Notes: a model not told the origin generated them from the letters alone. Counted from the stretch's first letter, positions 1-14,143 are shown. The stretch is DNA of 64,000 nt from Octopus sinensis (GCF_006345805.1 NC_043009.1:3038001-3102000), one strand, 5' to 3'. Numbers and translations: made by a program.

Positions 1-86
1 GAATATTTATGTTTTAAGAAGTTATTTTAAAAATTAGAAAGGGGAAAATTAGAAAGGGGTTATTTTAAAAATTAGAAATTTTAAAA

Positions 87-126
87 TATTCTTGAAAGTC
101 ATACAAGGACGAAAACCGGTTGAATA
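87..126 (+). ncRNA. Decayed minimal hammerhead-like motif
   Basis: tattc-TTGAAA-GTC atacaag GAC-GAAA(A)CCGGT-T-gaata. Stem I (tattc/gaata), stem II (GTC/GAC) and palindromic stem III (ACCGGT) are present, but the CUGANGA core is corrupted. Confidence 0.35.
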
Positions 127-401
127 AATATATATTTATATATTTTATCATTTTCTCATTTTATTAAAATTTCTTTCATTTGAGCATTCTGCATTTTTAA
201 AAAATTTTTCCTTACTTATCATTTCTCCACGTGCGGTCAACACACCCCACCATTTATTGATCTATATATATATATACTATATATATATATATATAATATA
301 TATATATATAATATATATATATAATATATATAATATGTATATTACATATACATACATATATATATGTGTGTGTATGTGTGTGTGTGTATGCGTATGTATA
401 T

Positions 402-435
<34 letters not shown>

Positions 436-528
436 TGAAATAATAGCATTTCACAAGATATATATGTAAAATAATATTGTATTGAATAATATATATAGTA
501 TATGCAATTATATAAAATAAGACAGTTT

Positions 529-656
529 AAAAGTTAAGTATTTATCGCATCTTACGATCGTTTCGCAGGAGTATTGTCCTTTATCAATCTTGGATTCCAT
601 TATAAAGACAATACTTTTGCGAAAAGATCGTAAGGAGCGCTAAATACTTACCTTTT
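529..656. repeat. Imperfect fold-back (~55-bp arms) carrying decayed HHR-like GAAACGATCGTA motifs
   Basis: 529-584 is the reverse complement of ~600-656 with mismatches. The minus strand reads TTGATAA AGGA caatac TCCT gc GAAACGATCGTA; core and stem I are broken. Confidence 0.6.
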
Positions 657-924
657 ACAATGTCATAAGTTATATATTTTCATATACAATACATATTTTA
701 ATACAATATTATTTTACATATATATCTATGTAAAATGTTTTTTTATAATGATTTTCTTGCTATCATTTCAAAATATCTATAACAGCTCGTATTAAATGTC
801 TAAATACTTTAATCATATTAATACTTTGACACATATATACAAAGAGCACACATTTTAAATTCAGTATACTATAGCCTCATGGAATATATTTATTTAAGGG
901 TATATATATATATATATGTGTGTG

Positions 925-1128
925 TGACCTCGTGTGTACCGTTGGCGATTTCTTTCCTCCGTCTTCCCTTCTCTGGATCTTTCCTTCTCCTATGTTTCCC
1001 ACGAAGAGCTCCGTTCGAAACGTTACACCCTCCTTCTTTCCTTCTTTCTTGAGCGTCCAATAATACTATATTTGTTCCACGTCCTCGCGTTGTTGTGTTT
1101 TTTGTGCTTTCTTGTTTGGATTAACTTT
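925..1128 (+). mobile_element. Short TA-flanked repeat (family B) with HHR-like GAGC..GTTC GAAACGT motif
   Basis: ccACGAA GAGC tcc GTTC GAAACGTTA at ~996-1030. The same motif architecture occurs at 38410-38610 and 49625-49810. Flanked by (TA)n. Confidence 0.45.
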
Positions 1129-1149
1129 ATATATATATATATATATATT

Positions 1150-1830
1150 ATATTAAATTATAGATAAAACCACTATTAGGCAAATCAAACAGTGAAAAAC
1201 ATAAGCCAATATATAAAATTAATTTAAAAATATAAAATTAAAGAATTAATTAAATAATTTAAACTTATAAATTTTATATATATATATATATATATACGTA
1301 TATATATATATGTATGTATGTATATATTTTTAATATTATTTTATTTATTAATTAATTAATTTATTTATTTTTAATTTTTAATTTAAAAATTTTTTTTTTT
1401 TTATATATATCAAAATTATTAAAAGTTTAATAAAAGATAAAGAGTACTCTTTATTTTTTATTAAACTTTTGATATATATAAAATTTTTTTTTTTTTAAAT
1501 AAAAAAAATTAAAAATTAAAAATAAATAAATAAATTAATTAATTAATAAATAAAATAATATAAAAAAATATATACATACATATATATATATATTTGTATA
1601 TATATATAAAATTTATAAGTTTAAATTATTTAAATAATTTTTTATTTTTAACTTTTTATATTTTTAGATTAATTTTATGTGTTGGCTTATGTTTTTCACT
1701 GTTTTATTTGCCTAATAGTGGTTTTATCTCTAATTTAATATGATATAATATAATATATTTATACTATAAAATTGGAATTAATCTTAAATCTAATTTTTGC
1801 ATGTAAGTTTGGATTTATTCCCTAATTATT
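1150..1830. mobile_element. ~600-bp imperfect palindrome of family A (Penelope-like terminal-repeat fragment) lacking the HHR
   Basis: gataaaaccactattaggcaaatcaaaca (~1163) recurs inverted at ~1700-1730; the centre is agagtactct at 1441-1450. The same family is at 17600-17770 and 47330-47950. Confidence 0.7.
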
Positions 1831-1848
1831 ATATATATATATATATAT

Positions 1849-1880
<32 letters not shown>

Positions 1881-2069
1881 ATATATAATATATTATATAT
1901 ATATATATATATAATATATATATATATATTTACATATACATACATATAAATGTATGACGGGCTTCTACCATATACATTTTTTTATCCACTCTATCGGAAC
2001 AATAGAACTGTATGATATATTAGTCCAGTACCTAAACTTAATGTTTTTGTTTTACATGGCCGTATATAG

Positions 2070-2540
2070 CCTACAATTCCTTCGGGTTCCGTTACGTACT
2101 GGTGTACAGCTACTCAGATAATTGCCATTGCGCAATCTACTTTGACTACACAAACGATCGTAGCCCTGTGCGAATTGGGTACGGAAAACTTCCTTTTAGT
2201 TCTGCGTTTCTTAATGTCTCTGAGTATGTTAAGTAATAAGCATTATAATGCCTAGCACAGCTCTTTCTATATGATGTGCGCAAATATAAGACCCGACGTC
2301 CTGCGCATGTACTGGTCTACATCTCTTTCAATCATTCTCCAAACACCTGCTATTATAAAGATTGTTCTGTTTTCAATCACCATTTTCGGGTTATACCATA
2401 TCTTTGTTTTTGTTTTTATTTATATATCTTTTGGTTATTTGGAATTGGATAATTCCGTTTGCTCATTTTGTCTCATTTAGAGATATATCATAATCCGTTG
2501 GGACACATATTTAGAGACCTCGACATCACTTCCGGTCCCC
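2070..2540 (+). pseudogene. Possible decayed exon or gene for a hydrophobic multi-pass protein
   Basis: One frame is open from 2070 to ~2540 apart from TAG at 2253 and 2478 (..IIAIAQSTLTTQTIVALCELGTENFLLVLRFL..*..RMYWSTSLSIILQTPAIIKIVLFSITIFGLYHIFVFVFIYISF..SFCLI*RYIIIRWDTYL). Unique, non-microsatellite sequence. Family not recognised. Confidence 0.2.
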
Positions 2541-2542
2541 CT

Positions 2543-3002
2543 CCTTCTTCTTCTTTTTCTTCTTCTTCTTCTTCTTCTTCTTCTTCTTCTTCTTCTTCTC
2601 CTTCTTCTTCTTCTTCTTTTTCTTCTTCTTCTTCTTCTTCTTCTTCTCTTTCTTCTTCTTCTTCTTCTTTTTCTTCTTCTTCTTTCCTTCTTCTCTTCTT
2701 CTTCTTCTTCTTCTTCTCCATCTTTCTTCTTCCTCTTCTTCTTTTCTTCTTCTTCTTCTCCTCCTCATACTCCTCCTCCTCCTCCTTCTTCTTCTTCTTC
2801 TTCTTCTACTTTGTCTTCTTTTTCTCCTCCCCTCCTCATCATTCTTCTTCTTCTTTCCTTTATTCGTCATCCTCCCCATCATCAACGTCGTCGTCGCCAT
2901 CATCGTCATAATCATCACCACCCCCATCACCACTACCACCACCACCACCACCACAACCACCACAACCACCACCACCACCACCACAATCACCATCGCCACC
3001 AC

Positions 3003-3036
<34 letters not shown>

Positions 3037-3083
3037 TTCCCCCTCTTCTTTTTTTATTCTTCTTCGTCTTACTATTATTATTA

Positions 3084-3123
<40 letters not shown>

Positions 3124-3290
3124 CATTATTATCATTATTATTATTATTATTATTGATGTTGCTCTTGTTTTGTTTTTATTATAACCATCATTATATTTCA
3201 TACTACTGCTAGTAGTATTCATAGTAACGGCACTGCGATAGTGGTTGTGGAGATGGCGTTGGTGGCGGTCTATATAAAATAGTGGATATG
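2543..3290. repeat. Compound trinucleotide microsatellite (TCT)n-(TCC)n-(CAT/CAC)n-(TTA)n-(TAG/TGG)
   Basis: Directly visible. It explains the poly-S/E/K/H/L ORFs at 2459-3222. Confidence 0.95.
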
Positions 3291-3740
3291 TTACTGAAGC
3301 TGGTTCGTATTTCTTATTTTCTTCTTACCTTATATCGACGATTGTTTAAACTAATACAGGTATTGCGCATTCCATATACTGCCTGAACAGCACATAATAT
3401 ACAATTGCATTCACTCCGCACCCAAGCCTCTACTCGCATGACTATACATACATTCATCATACATTCATACGAACAAACCTACACACATAGACACACACAC
3501 ATATATATATATGTATATATACATATATATATATATGTATATATATATATATTTATATATGTAGATATATATTCACATATGTATAAATATATATACGCGT
3601 ACACACACACACATACATATACATATACACACACGCACATATATATATATTTACATGTATGTATATATATGTATATTTGTATATATATATTTATATGTAT
3701 ATGAGTGTGTATATATATATATATATATATATGTATATGA

Positions 3741-3797
<57 letters not shown>

Positions 3798-4844
3798 TGT
3801 ATGTATGTATATATACATATATACTTACATATATACGTAAGTATGCATGTAGACTGGAGATTAAGTAGAGAATACAGTTTCTGAAATGAGTAGATTGTAG
3901 TAATATAATTAATGTTTTTGCGGAGGAGACAATCTACCTTAGGAAGTGTATACACTCTCTGGGGAAACTAATTCCTTACTGTTTGTGATTTCACTGTTCA
4001 TTCTTCTTTTTTTTTTTTGTTTTTGTAGCCAAATTCTTTTTCCATTACATCCGATGATTGTACGATTGTACTACCAAATACTTGTATTCAGCTCTTTTTA
4101 TTTCTCACACACTCACTCTCTTCCTCTCTCTCTATCACTCTCCCATTCATTCACGCACTCCCTTTATGTGTCTTCCCTTTTTCTCGCTCTCTTTCTTATA
4201 TACTATTCCACTGTTCTTGTCATTTAAATCATAGAGCATGTTATGTTTTTAAGATGATTTATAGCTATATTAAGTCAGTTATCGAGAAATCCACCGTTAT
4301 TACATGATGCTACGCAGTAATGCTCTTCCTTATAGTTTCACTATGTATAAAGCTTCGAAATTTGCCAGGAATTTATTCATCTTCACTGTTGATCTTCTTC
4401 GCATATTCTTATTCACATTTACTATTCATGTTTCTCTATACCCAGAAGATGGCGCTATTACTCAGGACTTGATATCTGGACAGCGAGAATATATTGTAAT
4501 ATTTATTTTATTTTTAGAAGAGAAATTTTTAACAAATCCGCCAATAAAAACACGCCGAAAGTTATACTATAAATGATCTCTGTCATTCGAGAGCGGTCAC
4601 GCTGGAGTTTCCACTTTAAAGAGATTTAGCTAATCCGAATGTCAAATAATTAGTTAATCTATCTAAAATATATGGGGTGAGGCATAAACAATATTTTGAC
4701 TCACAACCGCGTTCTTTTTTTTAATCGTAGGATTGATGAAATACATATACACGATTATAGATTTATAGATAGATATATAGACACAAGCACAGAAACACAA
4801 ACGCGCTTATATACATACACACACACACACACACACACATATAC

Positions 4845-4881
<37 letters not shown>

Positions 4882-4882
4882 A

Positions 4883-4970
<88 letters not shown>

Positions 4971-5309
4971 GCAAAACACACAAGCAACACTCATATGCAG
5001 TAGGTTTCTCTTTACTAATTGCAGTTCGCAGGCATGGGTCAAATCTTGGCTATATCACTAAGTACTTAGCTACTTTGCTGGGTAGTGAGATCAGGGCTTC
5101 AATCCCAATGGTTTCTATACAAAATAATGAATCGCTAAGATACGCCTGGGTCATTAGATAACTTCTGTAGGTGTATTTAAACGGTTATCTTCTTCTTGCA
5201 TAAAGTAAAATGCCAGAGCGCTTTCCAGAGTCAAATTGGCACCTAGAACGGTTTCCTGGACTCTGGCATAGATGACAAAGACCGGACAGGACCCATGTCT
5301 GTCAAAGGA

Positions 5310-5440
5310 ATACTCATTTTTGCAGCTCAGTAGGCTGGAGCAACGTGAAATGAAGTGTTTTGCTCAAGAACACAACCCATCCAAGAGTGAAATCCCAATC
5401 TTCCGGTTATGAGTCCAAAACTTTGCCATGCGCCTCCACT
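5310..5440 (-). mobile_element. tRNA-derived SINE fragment
   Basis: ggagcaacgtgaaatgaagtgttttgctcaagaacacaac...ccatgcgcctccac; the reverse complement begins with a tRNA-like head (gtggaggcgcatgg). Confidence 0.65.
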
Positions 5441-6295
5441 TTTTTCTTTAGTTTAAGCTGAAAATAAAGTGAGGAAACCCTATATTTTTATACTTCTTGT
5501 CAAAATGATCCGAGAAATCGTCAAAAATGGTTTTCGTTATTAGCAATCAGATTACTCTATTTCACATGATTACTCTATTTCACATTTCATTTTCTATATT
5601 TGCGATATTCGAGAGATACATTGTTTAAAATTGAAGACGTGCCGTATGTATCCTTGGTGTTCTGTGTGTAAATATGCTGTGTAAACCTCAGTTAGCTGCA
5701 TCCCTTTGTCCTAGTCATCCCTTATATTTGCCCTAGTCATCCCTTATATTTATAATGCTCAACATGCATCAATCCATCGCGATTATATTTTGTCTCTTTC
5801 TTCAGTACACCGATGTCCCATGATGTTTACAAATATGTATTTAACATACCACTATGCACTCATTTCAAATAGAATACCACATCTTAACAATTCAACCCAC
5901 ACATATACATATGTATTTACGTACGGCTGTGTGTGTGAATGTGTTTAGGTATGAACGTATGTAAGACGATATATATGTGTCTACGGATGTATGCATTTCA
6001 TTCCGGAGCAAGGCGCAGCACAAATGTTATGAATGTAAGTATAAAACTTATGATTTTAGAGTAAATAAACATGATATTACGTGCACTTACAACTTATTCT
6101 AGACACACGACACGTATTTTTACGTATACATTGCTAGAGAGTAGATACATATATCATGGAGATGATCAGTATGGATTAATAATTTAACTATATGTGTCTC
6201 TCTATATATTTTTTATGTATCTATCACTCGGGGCATCCGTGCAATTGCATAGCTGCATATATATATATATATATAATATATATATATATATATTA

Positions 6296-6363
<68 letters not shown>

Positions 6364-6392
6364 TAAGAGAGAGACAGAAGAAAGAGATAAAG

Positions 6393-6434
<42 letters not shown>

Positions 6435-8837
6435 TATATATATGCACATATTTTCATAGAGATACTTAGATATAGACATATATGTTTGTGAATTCATGTG
6501 TGTGTGTGGTGTGTGTGTGTGTGTTGTGTGTGTGTGGTGTGTGGTGTGTGTGTGTGTTTGTGACAGAAAGTAAATGTATAGATAAATATAATATTGATCT
6601 AGGTTTTCTGGGCACATAAATATTCGCATGCAACTGACTCTAATAAAAAAAAAATGCCAAAGCAAAGAGTAAAAAGAAAAAAAAAACATTATCTAAACGA
6701 ATGTAAGAAATGTTTTAGAAAAATCTTAATCGCACATCCTGTATGTCTTACTATTTCCTCTCGATATACCATCCGTGATTTCTTCTTCAAAGCGCAGGAA
6801 GGAATTGATCTTGCGATGAGAGTACAGGAAGGAATACGAGAAAATAAAAAGAAAAAGAAAAGAGAAAATTCTTAAGATGTTTAATCATAGGAGTTATAAT
6901 CTTTGCGTTATATATTACTTCCCAGTCCAAATACTATGTATATATTAGTAACCATTGCTATTAAATATTATCGTTTTGATAAAGTTTTGCGGGCCTCTGT
7001 TTTATCGATTCCATTAAAAATGAAAAGAAAGAAATAAACTCAATGTAAGTACTTACTTTTATATGTTGTAAGAGTTTATCGATCACTAAATAACTTAGGA
7101 GTATAACATCAAACAATCTGTTACTATTGCAAAATTCCATATCCGTTTCTCTGAGGATACGAATAAAATAATAAAAATGCAGAAAAAAATATAAACAAAA
7201 AAGGATCAGCGAATGAAGAAAAAAAATGGTATATTTTCTGTAGATACAGAATGAAAGTAGAAGATTTCCCAAGATGAATGTAATATCGAATATTTCATGT
7301 TAACTGCACGGTATAAGCTATTTACCGATAACAAAATTTGTTGTACATAAACGAGAGGTAGGTTGTGTATGAAAGATCATTTTATGCACAAAGAAATATA
7401 TGAAGCTAAGAGTCACCGTCTCAGATTAACTTCTTTAAAATAATTAATGGCTTCATTTAAATAGGCATAAAGGCCCTCCGTTTTCGGAGAAGAGTTGTGA
7501 AGTTGTAGCAAGAACATTATCATTCGTTACACAGCAGATGAAATATACTCCAGTTCTCCAAAAACTATTAATCATATGTTGTACACGGAGTTCACTAAAT
7601 TAAGAAACGCCTATATATCTGAATAATATTATCACATTCTGAACTATGTTAATATTCTCGGACAATATATATTTACTTTTGATTTGATTTTTAAAAGATT
7701 TTAAAAGGACTGAAGTTATTAGAAAAAGAAAAATTAAAATTGAAATTCATAATTAAGTAACAATAATTAATACCTCCGAATATAATTTTAGAAGGACGTA
7801 TTTTCGTACCAGTCTACAATATTTGCAAAATTAATTAGAAATAATGAGTAATTTTCTGAAACCAAGCCCAGTTTACTCCCTGCATGTTTATTACAAATGG
7901 CCTGGATAAGACAAAGACGAAATACAACACACGGTTTGGTAAGAGTTGTGATAGAGAACAATGAACAAGAAAACAAGAAAATGGCGGTGCCCCAGCATGG
8001 CCACAACTCATGAGCTGAAACTGGAAAAATCAAAATCAAATCAAAATCAAAACATGTTTAAATTAAAGGTCATACCATTAGATGACCTATTCTAATACTT
8101 AAGTACCCGAGTTAAAGCGTCTAATTATCGCTTCGATCTACAATAAATAAAAAATTGGAATCTCACTCAAGTCTCACAACTAATTCTTACTAATTTTACA
8201 CTTTTACTGTTTTCAGCCAGAGACTGAAGCCATGCTGGTAGAACGGCCTTTGATAACAAGAAAAGAACAGGAAAAAACGGCATGTTTACGGCTGGAATGT
8301 CTTTGGCCATTGGACAATTCCACCAAAGCTGACTTGCGGCTAAAGAACGATTAGAACTTATTAGATTAAAAATCGAAATAAGGAAGATAAATGCCAGATT
8401 TTATATAGATAAAGTGTAAAAGTATTGACCAAGACTGTTAACGGTTAGAATATTTATAGCAATGCAATGTAGTTGGTATTATTCTTATGATAATGCAGAC
8501 TCCATTCTCTTGTCTTTTAGTACACCCAATCAATTATAATGTATTCGGTAGAATAATACCAGTCTGTCTTACAGTATATGCAAAGCTAACTGGACGCAAA
8601 CAGTACAAGGCTACGAAGGATAATAATAGATATTAACTTCGAAAAAGTTTGTTTCTAGCTATACATATTTCCATAGTTGCATTTTCCCATAACTTTTAAA
8701 ATCTAAAGAATTCAACATGGATCTATCCTAGAGTAGAAGGAACTATGGATATTCGTTGTGTCAGTTTGCGCTACCGATGAAAACAACGACCATACTATAG
8801 CATTTCATTTATTTTAACAGCGGCGAATGATGTTTAG

Positions 8838-9020
8838 GTCAAGGACACTAAAAGTGCAAGCGACTTATTAGTATTTAAGTATTTCAAGGTCGAAGAAGAT
8901 GCTAATTTCTCTAGTAAACACACAACATCAGTATCGTTAACGATGCCAAGCTTCAGTGACACTGTTACGGCATCGCTTACCACAATAAATGAGGATGCGG
9001 AACATATCAAGTTCATGTAA
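8838..9020 (+). CDS. Candidate 3'-terminal coding exon, unknown protein
   Basis: After tttag|, 60 open codons VKDTKSASDLLVFKYFKVEEDANFSSKHTTSVSLTMPSFSDTVTASLTTINEDAEHIKFM*. Protein-like composition, GC above background, and the antisense frame is also open. No homology recognised. Confidence 0.3.
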   Translation, partial: VKDTKSASDLLVFKYFKVEEDANFSSKHTTSVSLTMPSFSDTVTASLTTINEDAEHIKFM

Positions 9021-10046
9021 TGAATACATTACGCATGATTAGTCGTGCATTCCTATCTATGAACACTGACACGCGCACACACAGACAAACACACAGACAC
9101 AAACACACTGTCACACACAGTCGCACGCACACACAGACACAACAACGTATATATATGTACCTATTCCCCTCAAGGCCAAGTAGATACGCATTTATTTCTG
9201 TCTACATATACATACATGACTACATTATATATGTGTAGGTATATGAATATGTATATGCATATATATGTTTCTCTATCTATCTATCTATAGATAGTCTAAT
9301 ATATATATATTTTAGACTATCTCCCTCCGTATTGCTCCTTATATGTATATATATACAAATTTCTAATATACACACACGTGTGTGTGTCTAACTGATGCTC
9401 TCACATCGTTTGTGGAAATGTGTGATTCAACAGACCACTATAATTCCGTATTCATTAGCTAAGTAGAAACGTATCCTCGATGGTGCAGAAAATTGAATTA
9501 TTTTACGACTATTTTGTCCTCGATGTGTCTAGACCCATCTTTTCTATGTCTGTTGTCGTTTTGTTGAAATTGTCCAAATATAGCTTTCTATTAGTGATTG
9601 AGAAATTATTATTCCAAAGCAGAAATAGGTGAGTATCTACCTTGCAGCATATTAGGCATCTCTGATATTTACAGGTAATTTGGACTGCTATTACTTCTGC
9701 TCCTCTTTCTCTACCTCTTCTGTTGCTACCTCTCTGTTTCTCCTCATTTTCCGCTACCACTTTTTCGTTTCAGAAAATATTTTCGTTTATGAACAAAGGC
9801 ACGCGGTTTCGTGTATAATGTATTGTATCACAGACGTTTACATAAGCAAGTACTTGTTTTTAATACATGTACACGGAATAGGGCACATATGTAAAGCACA
9901 AATGGACAAATGCATGCACATGCAGACGCACGCACAATCATAAACTGTAGGATAGATATCAGCGTATGTTTGTGCACATATAATTGTACACACACAGAAT
10001 TCCTCAAACATCCACACACCACAGTTACGCACGTATATATATATAT

Positions 10047-10500
10047 CGTCCGGCGAATATGGAGGCTGGAGGAGAACCGTTTCTCGTTCAAAGTGCTCCA
10101 GCTTTGGATTGTTATCCTTGCTGTATGCAGCCGAGCATCATCCTGATGGAGGAACAACTTACGTCTTGAAACCAATCGTTGTTCGATGAATGGTTGAATA
10201 ACCAAATCCAAGATTCTCTGCTAGTTCCTCAAAAGTTACGATGGGATTTCGTTCCACCAGGAATTGCAAGACCCCTCGTCGAGCTCTACAGATCTTTCCG
10301 AACGAAGATCGTTTTCTAGGCTGTAGTTGCCGGCTCGAAATAGCCAGTCTGTACCAATGACCTGAGTAGTTGTCTGGTATTTATTTTTGACGACGAAACC
10401 GAGAGAGGCAAAGTTACCCACAGTATATTTTGAACTTAAGATACAAAAAGCCAGTGAAATAAATACTACAACGTATTTTGCCTTCACTATTACCAATCTG
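10047..10500 (-). mobile_element. Internally deleted mariner (Tc1/mariner) transposase remnant
   Basis: Frameshifted pieces FRAGNYSLENDLRSERSVELDE / LVERNPIVTFEELAENLG (HTH region), LHQDDARLHTARIT (cf. LHDNARPH) and LQPPYSPD (cf. HPPYSPDL). Confidence 0.85.
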
Positions 10501-12169
10501 ACAACTCACCACCTTTATACATGTACACATAAATGATCTTCATTTTATTTCCTACTTTATTTAAATACATTTGCACGTATTTTGCCACGTTTCCTTATGT
10601 GTTTATTTGTTCGTATAATTTAATTTTGAAGAATAAGATGCTTTAAATTTCAAGCGTTATTTTTATGAATTCTCTATGTATCGGAACGTGCGTTATCATT
10701 CATAAGTTTGTCTCGATAGAACTTATGGGGAATGTTTGTGATTTTAATATCCATATTCCGAATATCACCATTTCTTAGCTTTCATATTTTCAATGTTTGT
10801 CAAATTTATTTTCAGTTACGTATATTGTGTGATATATAGAGAATTACATGAATTAATCCACGTAATTTCATTACGTGAATTAGAATAATTTTGTGTTTCG
10901 TGACTTTGTTTTATTTAAACATTAGCTTGTTTACAAATCCTTTTTTTCCTTCCCTATTTCATGTTGTTACTTTTGTATATTTGTGGAGACCCTAAAAATA
11001 GAATCTATGTATTTGAAAAATTAATATTTTGTGTTAATTTTTTCACCTTTTTATATTTTGTTAGGTATTTTGGCAAATTTAAAATCTGTATTTTATATTA
11101 GCATTCTAGTTACAGAAGCCTCCCTACATCTGAGGATTTGTGAAGGATATAATCTTTCTGTATCAAGTTTAGGTGGTGTGTTTTAAATGCTGGTCATTAT
11201 TTTCCTTACTCTTATCTTGTTCGGCGAAGTCGCTTTATATCTGTTACGCTATTATAGCAGCAATTACTAAGATAGTTAAAGCATTAATACATATAACCTT
11301 TATCTGGTATCAAGCTTAGTTAATGTATTAATATAATGTGTTTATAATATTTCTTCCCATTTTCCATCTATCACATAAATCTTAATTAACGATCTACATG
11401 AGAAAGTTGATTGCTATCTTACAATTTTCGTAATCGGTCCATTGTGAGTTAGCCTGCTGGTTGTTCCGGTTTCATTGTTTTATTCTGTCCAGGTTAGTCC
11501 TGAGTAAAGACGGGTAAGATCAAAGATAATCTAGTGTCAATGTTGTTCCATTGCTGAATTAGTATAATCCAAATAAGACTACATTATCCACTGCTTCTTT
11601 GAACGTACCTTCAAGACAATTCTGTGAAATTTGAAGTATATTTCACTTCTAGTTAATAGCAAGTTCAATCACAGAAAGAAGGCACCTTATTTATTTGAAA
11701 GTTGAAAGTGTTGGTATCACGCAATGAAAAAAGGAGCCGATTTTAAAGAAAGTGTAATCCCATTGAATATTACAATTGTAAAGGGAATGAATTATGTTTT
11801 AACCACTCAATCTTTCTTTCTCTTCGGATTTGTAAACTTTCGCATCCATATATTACGAGTCCGATTTACGATTATTTTACCTATGTTAAAATATTAATCG
11901 TAATGTCTGCTTCTGATGTGTTCATGTCCACGATATAAATAGTTCCATATATTACCACTAGAAGTTTTGCGAATTTTGCTACCTTTTCAAACTCAGTAGA
12001 ACATTATATATAAGGGTAGGTGTGTGTGTGTATGATATACATATATGCACAATGCCTTCTTTATATAAGCATATGCTATCTTAAATTAACTAGTCTATGC
12101 CAATGGGAAGAAATTTGGAGGACATACTTGATTTCTCTCCTTATATTGGAATTCTCATCATCGAGCTGC

Positions 12170-12571
12170 AAAAGTCGATTAGCACCCAGGAGAAAAGGCT
12201 TAGCGGTATTTCGTCAGCCGTTATGTTCTGAGTTCAAATTCAGCCGTGGTCAACTTTGCCTTTCATCCTTTAGGGGTCGATTAAATAAGTACCAGTTACG
12301 CACTGGGGTCGATGTAATCGACTTAATCCGTTTGTCTATGATTGTTTGTCCTCTCTGTGTTTAGTCTCTTGTGGGTAGTAAAGAAATAGGTATTTCGTCT
12401 GTCTTTATGTTCTGAGTTCAAATTCCACCGAGGTCGACTTTGCCTTTCATCCTTTCGGTGTCGATTAAACAAGTACCAGTTACGCAATGGGGTCGATGTT
12501 ATCGACTTAATCCGTCTGTCTGTCCTTCTTTGTCCCCTCTGTGTATAGCCCCTTGTGGGTAATAAAGAAAT
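12170..12571 (+). mobile_element. SINE family 3, two tandem ~183-bp units
   Basis: ggtatttcgtc...gttctgagttcaaatt...ggggtcgat...gtaaagaaata is repeated at ~12206-12388 and 12389-12571. Confidence 0.85.
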
Positions 12572-12736
12572 AAGAAGCTTGCTTCCAAACTACATTGTTC
12601 CAGGTTCAGCCTCGTTGCATGTGACCTTGGGCTAGTTTCTTGGATTAAAGCGTAGGGCTAACCAAATCTTGTGGGTACATTTGGTAGACGGAAACTGAAA
12701 AAATTATATATATATATATTATATATATATATATAT

Positions 12737-12770
<34 letters not shown>

Positions 12771-13022
12771 TGTGTTTGTGTATGTGTGTCTGTGTCTTTG
12801 TCTGTGTGTATGTCTCTGTCTGCCTGCTTGACTGTGTTTGCCCCCCGTCATTGCCTGACAACCGACTTTGGTGTGTTTACGTCCCCGTAAACTAGCGGGT
12901 CGGCAAAAGGTGGTCGATAGAATAGGTACTAGGCTTACAAAGAATAATCTCTGGGTTTGATGTCTTCCAAACCGGTGATCCAGCGAGGCCGCAGTCAAGT
13001 GACTGAAACAAGTAAAAGAATA
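12572..13022 (+). mobile_element. SINE family 1 (internal TA/TG microsatellite), 5'-truncated
   Basis: tttggtagacggaaactgaa...(TA)n(TG)n...ggtgtgtttacgtcccc...gcagtcaagtgactgaaacaagtaaaaga; matches 30957-31334 in reverse. Confidence 0.85.
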
Positions 13023-14143
13023 TATCTATACATGCCTATGTACTATATATGCATACTAACACACGCCTACCAACACACACACACATGCAGATACACGCAC
13101 ACTGAAACATACACGGGCACTAATACACAGATACATGCACCCAGCAACACACTCACGCACTTATACATCGACACCCTTCCTTCTATCTTCTGTGTTGTTC
13201 TTTTCTTGTTTTCATGTATACGAAGGAGCATGTATGCGATTTAAATGGGAATTCCTATACAAACGCACACGCACACACAGACACACACACAAACACACTC
13301 AGAGGAACACACAAACCGCACATACAAATACGAGCACAAACACACGCTTATGTATAAAGATATATAGACATACATCTCGTATATTTATACAGGCAAAGGA
13401 TGTGAAAAACAGAGACGTGCACGCTGGCGTACAACTTCAGTTTGTGTGTAAGCGAGGATAAACGGAGGTTGGATTTCACAGTGTGACATTGGGTGTATGT
13501 AAGGATAAGTATATTTCTCTTAGAGAGCTTAAGACACAAAAACAACAGCCACTTATCAGATTTAGTCTTGAACACATACTCACTCTAAATTTAATGTGAA
13601 GCTTCAGTTTTCTAAGAAATCAACAGAATATAAAACAATGTTATTTTAATATTTACCACAACTATTTCCCCTTTCTAAAGCTTGTAGTCAGTGAATACAT
13701 TACCTTTAATACTTATCCGAAATAACATCTTAAAAAAACATCTTATGAACCTAAAATAACCGCACCCATTTTGCACCATAAATCAGGGATTTATTTTTTC
13801 TATTTCGTCGCCCGCCTTTCTGTCGGATTTTTTTCCTTGTTAGAAGTGGAGGAATGAACAATATTAAAAGTCATCTTTAGAGATAACTGTGATTCAGATA
13901 CAAATTATCATTTATACACGCATCCCTAAATAAAACAAATGTGTTTTGGATATGTGAGAGTTTCTACATTCATGCATAGATTAATCCCTATATGTTGCGA
14001 CTGGGTCTGTATATTTTTGATCGTTGGCAGATATGAAAATGCATATAAATATATAGAGGCACATACGCACACAAAGACATACACAGACACACACAAGCCT
14101 ATATATATATATATATATAGATATATATATATATATATATATA

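Noticed and set aside
2459-3222. Poly-S/E/K/H/D ORFs up to 169 aa
   Set aside because: Trinucleotide repeats that are open on both strands and in several frames.
5563-5750. Short direct repeats (18 bp x2, 22 bp x2) as CRISPR-like arrays
   Set aside because: Simple tandem duplications with no spacers, in eukaryotic context; the same applies to the ~21-bp units at 31650-31710.
11493-11513. 21-nt micro-exon (tctgtccag|...|gtaaga); a similar case at ~27110
   Set aside because: Such splice-site pairs are expected by chance in 64 kb; no supporting gene context.
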